NCBI GenBank assembly: GCA_965243135.1
Contig: OZ251539.1
Span: 928,001-992,000 of the forward strand
Direction of reading: 5' to 3'
DNA length: 64,000 nt
Source of the DNA: Alphaproteobacteria bacterium
Lineage (GTDB): Bacteria > Pseudomonadota > Alphaproteobacteria > MPNO01 > UBA830
The position numbers were made by a program, and so were the translations under genes. This document shows, piece by piece, positions 58,192 to 64,000 of the stretch. Every line of letters begins with the position of its first letter. The stretch's first letter is position 1. The notes under the pieces were generated by a model. That model was given only the letters and a program-made list of their open reading frames with translations. It was not told the DNA's origin and ran no database searches.

Positions 58192-59313
58192 ATGGGCAAG
58201 ATCAGGGTAGCGATCGCCGGAGTCGGGAATTGCGCGAGCGCGCTGGTGCAGGGAATCGAATACTACCGCAGCCGGACCGCCGACCCCGGGCTCATGCATC
58301 TGGATATCGGAGGGTGGAAACCTTCGGATCTGGAAATCGTGGCCGCGTTCGACGTCGATCGCCGCAAGGTGGGTTGCCCGCTCGAGGAAGCGGTGTTCGC
58401 GAAACCGAACTGCGCGCGGATCTTCCAGCCTGTCCTGCCGGCCAGCGGCGTCAGGGTTCTCATGGGACCGGTGCTGGACGGGGTGGCGGATCACATGGCG
58501 GATCACCACGAGGACGAGGCGTTCCGCCTCGCGGACGAAACGCCCGTGGACGTTGCGGCCGTTCTCGCCGAAGCCGGAGCCGAAGTGTTCGTGTGCTATC
58601 TGCCGGTCGGCGCCGAGAAGGCGGCCGGCAGTTACGCGGAAGCCTGTCTGGACGCCGGCGTCGCCATGGTGAACTGCGTGCCCGTGTTCATCGCGTCGAA
58701 CGCCGGCTGGGCCGCCAGGTTCCGGGAGGCGGGAATCCCCATCATCGGCGACGACATCAAGAGCCAGATCGGGGCGACGATCGTTCACCGAACGCTCGGC
58801 CGCCTGTTCGCCGACCGCGGCGTCAGGCTGGACAGGACGTATCAACTCAATACCGGCGGCAACACGGATTTCCTCAACATGCTGGAACGCGACCGCCTCT
58901 GCTCGAAAAAGGTATCGAAGACCGAAGCCGTCCAGAGTCAGCTCGGCCGGCGGCTGGACGGCCGCGACATTCACATCGGCCCGTCCGACTACATCCCGTG
59001 GCAGGACGACAACAAGGTGGCGTTCATCCGCATGGAAGGGCACGGATTCGGCGGCATTCCGCTCGAACTCGAGCTGCGCCTGTCGGTCCAGGATTCTCCC
59101 AACAGCGCCGGCGTCGTCGTCGATGCCGTGCGCTGCGCCAGACTCGGGCTCGAAAGGGGGCTCGCCGGTCCTCTCGAGGCGCCGAGCGCGTATTTCATGA
59201 AGAGTCCGCCGCGACAGTTCCGGGACGAGGTCGCCCGCGCCGAACTTGAAGATTTCCTCGGAGGGAAGGGCGCGGCGGCGGGCGAGGATCCGGCGGTTAC
59301 GGCGCGAGGGTGA
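58192..59313 (+). CDS. ino1: Inositol-3-phosphate (myo-inositol-1-phosphate) synthase
   Basis: GVGNCAS, YLPVG, IGDDIKSQIGAT, QLN.GGN.DFLNM, SKK.SKT, DSPNSAG. Confidence 0.93.
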   Translation: MGKIRVAIAGVGNCASALVQGIEYYRSRTADPGLMHLDIGGWKPSDLEIVAAFDVDRRKVGCPLEEAVFAKPNCARIFQPVLPASGVRVLMGPVLDGVADHMADHHEDEAFRLADETPVDVAAVLAEAGAEVFVCYLPVGAEKAAGSYAEACLDAGVAMVNCVPVFIASNAGWAARFREAGIPIIGDDIKSQIGATIVHRTLGRLFADRGVRLDRTYQLNTGGNTDFLNMLERDRLCSKKVSKTEAVQSQLGRRLDGRDIHIGPSDYIPWQDDNKVAFIRMEGHGFGGIPLELELRLSVQDSPNSAGVVVDAVRCARLGLERGLAGPLEAPSAYFMKSPPRQFRDEVARAELEDFLGGKGAAAGEDPAVTARG

Positions 59314-59482
59314 AGGGCGCCGGTCGGCGGCGCGGGTCTCCGGTTCCGGCGTCGTCGCGTCGCGAAGCCGCGGCGACCGAATCGGCGTTTTTTTTCCATC
59401 CAATCTGCCGCGATTGTGGATCGAATCCGGGAAACTGCGTAATAACAATGCGTTATGGACGTAAATTTTTTTCGAAAATGGG

Positions 59483-59510
59483 TTGCAATCGGGAACAAAT
59501 AATGTACATT
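59483..59510 (+). promoter_or_regulatory. recA promoter with alphaproteobacterial LexA (SOS) box
   Basis: GAAC-AAATAAT-GTAC (59493-59507) overlapping TTGCAA...TACATT. Confidence 0.82.
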
Positions 59511-59558
59511 TATGGTGGTTGGCGTTGATAGGCGCTATCGAACACGGAGGATGATGAT

Positions 59559-60653
59559 ATGGTCGGGCTCAAGGTGATCGGAAAGGATCGGATGGACAAA
59601 TCCGCTAGCGACAGGTCGAAAGCGCTCGAGGCGGCGCTGAGCCAGATCGAACGGGCCCACGGCAAGGGTTCGATCATGAAATTGGGAACCGCGGCCGCGA
59701 ACGCCGACATCGAAGCGATTCCGACGGGCTCCATCGGCCTCGACATCGCGCTGGGGATCGGCGGCGTGCCGCGCGGCCGCGTCACCGAAATCTACGGCCC
59801 GGAAAGCTCCGGCAAGACGACCCTGGCCCTTCACGTCATCGCGGAGGCGCAGAAGAAGGGCGGCGCCTGCGCGTTCATCGACGCCGAGCACGCGCTGGAT
59901 CCGGTCTATGCGCGAAAGCTCGACGTCAACGTGGAAGAACTGCTGATTTCCCAGCCGGACGCCGGCGAGCAGGCGCTCGAGATCGCCGACACGCTCGTGC
60001 GGTCGGGCGCGATCGACGTCATCGTCATCGATTCCGTCGCCGCCCTCGTGCCGCGGGCCGAGCTCGAAGGCGAGATGGGCGACAGCCACGTCGGCCTTCA
60101 GGCGCGGCTCATGAGTCAGGCGCTGCGCAAGCTGACGGGGTCGATCAGCAGGTCGCAGTGCCTGATCGTCTTCATCAACCAGATCCGCATGAAGATCGGC
60201 GTGATGTTCGGCAGCCCCGAAACCACTACCGGCGGCAACGCGCTCAAGTTCTACTCGTCGGTCCGCCTCGACATCCGCCGCATCGGCTCCATCAAGGACC
60301 GCGACGAAGTCGTCGGCAACCAGACCCGGGTGAAAGTCGTGAAGAACAAGGTGGCGCCGCCGTTCAAGACCATCGAGTTCGACATCATGTACGGCGAAGG
60401 CATTTCCCGGATGGGAGAACTGGTCGATCTCGGCGTCAAGGCGGGACTCGTCGAGAAGTCCGGGTCGTGGTTTTCCTACGCGGATCAGCGGATCGGACAA
60501 GGCCGCGAGAACGCCAAGGCGTTTCTCCGCGAGAATCAGGACCTGGCCGACCGGCTGAGCCGGGAGATCCTCGAGCACGCGGGCGTCCTGTCGGAGGCGG
60601 CGATGAGCGCCGATCCTCCGGGACGCGCCGAGGAGGAAGACGAAGTTCTCTGA
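59559..60653 (+). CDS. recA: Recombinase RecA
   Basis: [38 protein letters not shown]. Confidence 0.99.
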   Translation: MVGLKVIGKDRMDKSASDRSKALEAALSQIERAHGKGSIMKLGTAAANADIEAIPTGSIGLDIALGIGGVPRGRVTEIYGPESSGKTTLALHVIAEAQKKGGACAFIDAEHALDPVYARKLDVNVEELLISQPDAGEQALEIADTLVRSGAIDVIVIDSVAALVPRAELEGEMGDSHVGLQARLMSQALRKLTGSISRSQCLIVFINQIRMKIGVMFGSPETTTGGNALKFYSSVRLDIRRIGSIKDRDEVVGNQTRVKVVKNKVAPPFKTIEFDIMYGEGISRMGELVDLGVKAGLVEKSGSWFSYADQRIGQGRENAKAFLRENQDLADRLSREILEHAGVLSEAAMSADPPGRAEEEDEVL

Positions 60654-60869
60654 CGTCCGGCGCCGGGAAGCGGGACGCAGCGCTTCCCGGCCGCGCCGTT
60701 CTTTTCCTTGCCGAGGCGCGTATCGTCGGCTTCGCGACCTTTCCGGGAACCGCGCAAGACCGCCGCGCCGGCGGGAGCGCGGTAGTGCGGCGGCCGTAAA
60801 ACGGATATACAGGCTGGCGTCGCGCTCGGGGCGGCGCGGGACGATGCGGAAAACTTGCGGATATCCGTT

Positions 60870-63530
60870 GTGACTTCCGGAACGAACGACATCAGGCAGG
60901 CGTTTCTGGACTATTTCGCGGCGAACGGCCACGAGATCGTTCCGTCGTCCCCGCTTGTGCCGCGCAACGATCCGACCTTGTTGTTCACCAACGCCGGCAT
61001 GGTTCAGTTCAAGAACGTGTTCACTGGCGCGGAAACCCGCAGCTTCGGGCGCGCGGTCACTTCCCAGAAATGCGTCCGCGCGGGCGGCAAGCATAACGAC
61101 CTCGAAAACGTCGGCTATACGGCCCGCCATCACACGTTTTTCGAGATGCTGGGCAATTTCTCGTTCGGCGACTATTTCAAGGACGTCGCGATCGAACTGG
61201 CCTGGAACCTGATAACCAGGGAGTTCGAACTCCCGGCCGACCGGTTGCTGGCGACGGTGTACGCGGACGACGATCGGGCTTTCGACCTGTGGAAGAGGAT
61301 CGCCGGACTGCCCGAGAGCCGCATCGTGCGCATCGCCACGAGCGACAACTTCTGGTCGATGGGCGATACCGGGCCTTGCGGTCCGTGCTCGGAAATCTTC
61401 TACGATCACGGGGACGAGGTGCCGGGCGGCCCTCCCGGCAGTCCGGACGAGGACGGCGACCGCTTCATCGAGATCTGGAACCTCGTCTTCATGCAGTTCG
61501 AGCAGGAGGACGCGACGACCCGGCGCGATCTTCCGAAACCGTCGATAGACACGGGCATGGGGCTCGAACGCCTCGCGGCGGTTCTCCAGGGCCGCCACGA
61601 CAACTACGACATCGACCTCATGCGCGGCTTGATCGAGGCGTCGGCGTCGGCGTCCGGCGTCGGCCCGGACGGCGACCACGCCGTTTCGCATCGCGTAATC
61701 GCCGATCACCTGAGGGCCTGCAGCTTCCTGATCGCCGACGGCGTTCTTCCGTCGAACGAAGGGCGCGGCTACGTTCTCCGCCGGATCATGCGGCGCGCCA
61801 TGCGGCACGCGCACATCATGGGTTGCCGGGAACCGCTGTTGTGGAAGCTCGTTCCGGCGCTCGCGAACGAGATGGGAAAGGCGTTTCCCGAACTGGAACG
61901 CGCGGGAACGCTGATCGCGGAAACCCTGAAACTGGAGGAAAGCAGATTCAAGGAGACCCTCGGGCGGGGCCTGCGGCTGCTCGAGGAGGAAACCGCGGGG
62001 CTTGACGAAGGCGGAACGCTGGCCGGAGACGTCGCCTTCCGGCTCTACGATACTTACGGCTTTCCGCTCGATCTTACCCGGGACGTGCTGCGCGGCAAGG
62101 GGATCGCCGTGGACGCGGACGGTTTCGAAACGGCGATGGCGCGGCAACGGGCGGAGGCGCGAAAAAACTGGGTCGGAAGCGGCGCGACCGCCGACGAGAC
62201 GGTCTGGTTCGACGTTCGCGAACGGACGCCGGCGACGGAGTTTCTTGGTTACGCGATGGAAGCGGCGGAGGGCGTAGTCGTCGCGCTGGCGGTCGACGGC
62301 GCCGAAACGGATTCCGCGGGCGAGGGGGCCGAGGTCGCGCTGGTCGCCAATCAGACGCCGTTCTACGGCGAAAGCGGAGGGCAGTTGGGCGATTCAGGCC
62401 GAATCGTCGGCGACGGCTTCGAACTCCGGATCGCCGATACCGTCAAGAAGGCCGAAGATCTGCACGTCCATGTCGGCAAAGTCGTCAAAGGCGCGGTCGC
62501 CTTGGGAAGCGCTGCGGAGTTCGTCGTCGACGGCCCGCGCCGGGAAGCGCTGCGCGTTCATCATTCGGCGACTCATTTGCTGCACGAGGCGTTGCGCAGG
62601 CGTCTCGGCGATCACGTTACGCAGAAGGGTTCGCTCGTCGCGCCCGATCGCCTTCGCTTCGACATTTCCCATCCCAAGGCGATCGAAGCGGCGGAACTGG
62701 ACGATATCGAGCGCGAGGTGAATGCGCGGATCCGTCTCAATACGCCGGTCGAGACCCGTCTCATGGCGCACGGCGAAGCGATCGAGAGCGGCGCGACGGC
62801 GCTGTTCGGGGAGAAGTACGGAGACGAGGTCCGGGTGGTGACCATGGGCGGCGGCTCGGAGCGGTATTCCGTGGAACTGTGCGGCGGAACCCACGTAAGG
62901 CGGACAGGCGACATCGGGTATTTTCGCATCGTCGGCGAGAGCGCGGTCGCCGCCGGCGTGCGGAGGATCGAGGCGCATGTCGCCGCGTCGGCGGAGGGTC
63001 ATGCTCGCGACCGGGAGACGCTGCTTGCGCGCGCCGCTTCCGCATTGCGGACCGGAGCGGAAGAGGTGCCGGCGCGCGTCGCGGCCCTGTTGGAAGAGCG
63101 CCGCCAGCTGGAGCGCGAACTGACGGATCTCAGACGCCGGGTCGCGACCGGCGGCGCCGGTCCGGGCGACGACGAAGCGCGCGATATAGCCGGAATCAGG
63201 TACGTGCCGCGCAAACTCGCGGAGGTCCCACCCAGGGAACTCAAGCCGATGGCGGACGAGATCAAAAAACGAATCGGGACCGGCGTCACGGCCCTCGTAT
63301 CCGTCGCCGGCGGCAAGGCGTCGATCGTCGTCGGCGTCACCGACGATATCGCCGCCCGGCTCAGCGCGGTCGATCTGGTCCGGGTCGGTTCGGCGGTTCT
63401 CGGCGGGAAGGGCGGCGGCGGGCGCCCCGACATGGCGCAGGCGGGAGGGCCGGACGGCTCCGCCGCGGAACCGGCGCTCGAGGCCATCGCGTCCGCGATC
63501 AGGGAACGAATCGAAAAGGCGCCGCCTTAG
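60870..63530 (+). CDS. alaS: Alanine--tRNA ligase
   Basis: [58 protein letters not shown]. Confidence 0.99.
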   Translation: MTSGTNDIRQAFLDYFAANGHEIVPSSPLVPRNDPTLLFTNAGMVQFKNVFTGAETRSFGRAVTSQKCVRAGGKHNDLENVGYTARHHTFFEMLGNFSFGDYFKDVAIELAWNLITREFELPADRLLATVYADDDRAFDLWKRIAGLPESRIVRIATSDNFWSMGDTGPCGPCSEIFYDHGDEVPGGPPGSPDEDGDRFIEIWNLVFMQFEQEDATTRRDLPKPSIDTGMGLERLAAVLQGRHDNYDIDLMRGLIEASASASGVGPDGDHAVSHRVIADHLRACSFLIADGVLPSNEGRGYVLRRIMRRAMRHAHIMGCREPLLWKLVPALANEMGKAFPELERAGTLIAETLKLEESRFKETLGRGLRLLEEETAGLDEGGTLAGDVAFRLYDTYGFPLDLTRDVLRGKGIAVDADGFETAMARQRAEARKNWVGSGATADETVWFDVRERTPATEFLGYAMEAAEGVVVALAVDGAETDSAGEGAEVALVANQTPFYGESGGQLGDSGRIVGDGFELRIADTVKKAEDLHVHVGKVVKGAVALGSAAEFVVDGPRREALRVHHSATHLLHEALRRRLGDHVTQKGSLVAPDRLRFDISHPKAIEAAELDDIEREVNARIRLNTPVETRLMAHGEAIESGATALFGEKYGDEVRVVTMGGGSERYSVELCGGTHVRRTGDIGYFRIVGESAVAAGVRRIEAHVAASAEGHARDRETLLARAASALRTGAEEVPARVAALLEERRQLERELTDLRRRVATGGAGPGDDEARDIAGIRYVPRKLAEVPPRELKPMADEIKKRIGTGVTALVSVAGGKASIVVGVTDDIAARLSAVDLVRVGSAVLGGKGGGGRPDMAQAGGPDGSAAEPALEAIASAIRERIEKAPP

Positions 63531-63628
63531 ACCGGCCGCGGTTCGGCGGCCGGGCGCCGCCGACCGGATTTCCGAATCCTGTGAGCGCCCCCCGGCGGGC
63601 GAGGCATGTCGCTGCAAGAGAGGATTAC

Positions 63629-64000
63629 ATGATCGATCTGATGTCCATAGCGCGAACGGAAGCCGACGGGGGCGACTTGTTCCGCATTTTCTCCGAGATG
63701 CTCGAACCGGCCGACGTGCGGCCCGACGGCTATCCGGACGCCGTCGTCTGGAAAGGCGGCAATCACGACGGCGACGTGCGCCCGGTGGCTCACAGCCTGA
63801 CCGACGCCTACGCGCTGCTCGGCACCGTCGCGGCTTTCGACGTTCTCGGGCTTCCGTTCTACGCGGTGCCGATGTGGGCGCAGTATCGCCACGACAGGAA
63901 ACTGGAGCCTCTCGCCTGGTTCGGCAACATGCCGTGCACCTCCGTCAAGTGGTCGACGGCGGGCGACGCCTATGTCGACGACGGCAAGGGAGGCAAGGTC
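63629..64000 (+). CDS. Hypothetical protein, 5' part (open to window end)
   Basis: AGAGAGGA RBS, then MIDLMSIARTEADGGDLFRIFSEML..., 124 codons with no stop and GC3-rich codons. Confidence 0.6.
   Translation, partial: MIDLMSIARTEADGGDLFRIFSEMLEPADVRPDGYPDAVVWKGGNHDGDVRPVAHSLTDAYALLGTVAAFDVLGLPFYAVPMWAQYRHDRKLEPLAWFGNMPCTSVKWSTAGDAYVDDGKGGKV

Noticed and set aside
1245-62147. Many long antisense or off-frame ORFs (e.g. 1245..2930-, 10970..13678+, 21539..24847-, 51978..55184-, 59535..62147-)
   Set aside because: Shadow ORFs expected in high-GC DNA. They overlap well-supported genes and are Arg/Pro/Ala-rich with no motifs.

Overview
GC-rich bacterial chromosome segment, most likely from an alphaproteobacterium (GAAC-N7-GTAC LexA box at recA). 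The gene mix resembles marine-invertebrate or sponge symbionts, which is an inference. Bases 1-50 kb interleave catabolic genes (flavin monooxygenases, acyl-CoA ligases, Rieske and TauD oxygenases, transporters) with a fast-evolving accessory layer. That layer holds seven copies of one AAA-ATPase/PD-(D/E)XK nuclease gene family: three open, three decayed and one cut by the window edge. These copies are mosaics of interchangeable blocks and share a leaderless-type promoter and a 3' trailer. The layer also holds three related autotransporter genes, an orphan NHLP-leader RiPP precursor, an intact DUF4338-fused IS4-family element, a 115-bp MITE and several dispersed non-coding repeat families. Bases 50-64 kb are mostly core genes (leucine catabolism ivd/mccB/mccA, ELM1-like, ino1, recA, alaS). 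No rRNA, tRNA, cas genes or convincing CRISPR array were seen. All assignments come from motif recognition by eye, with no database searches.
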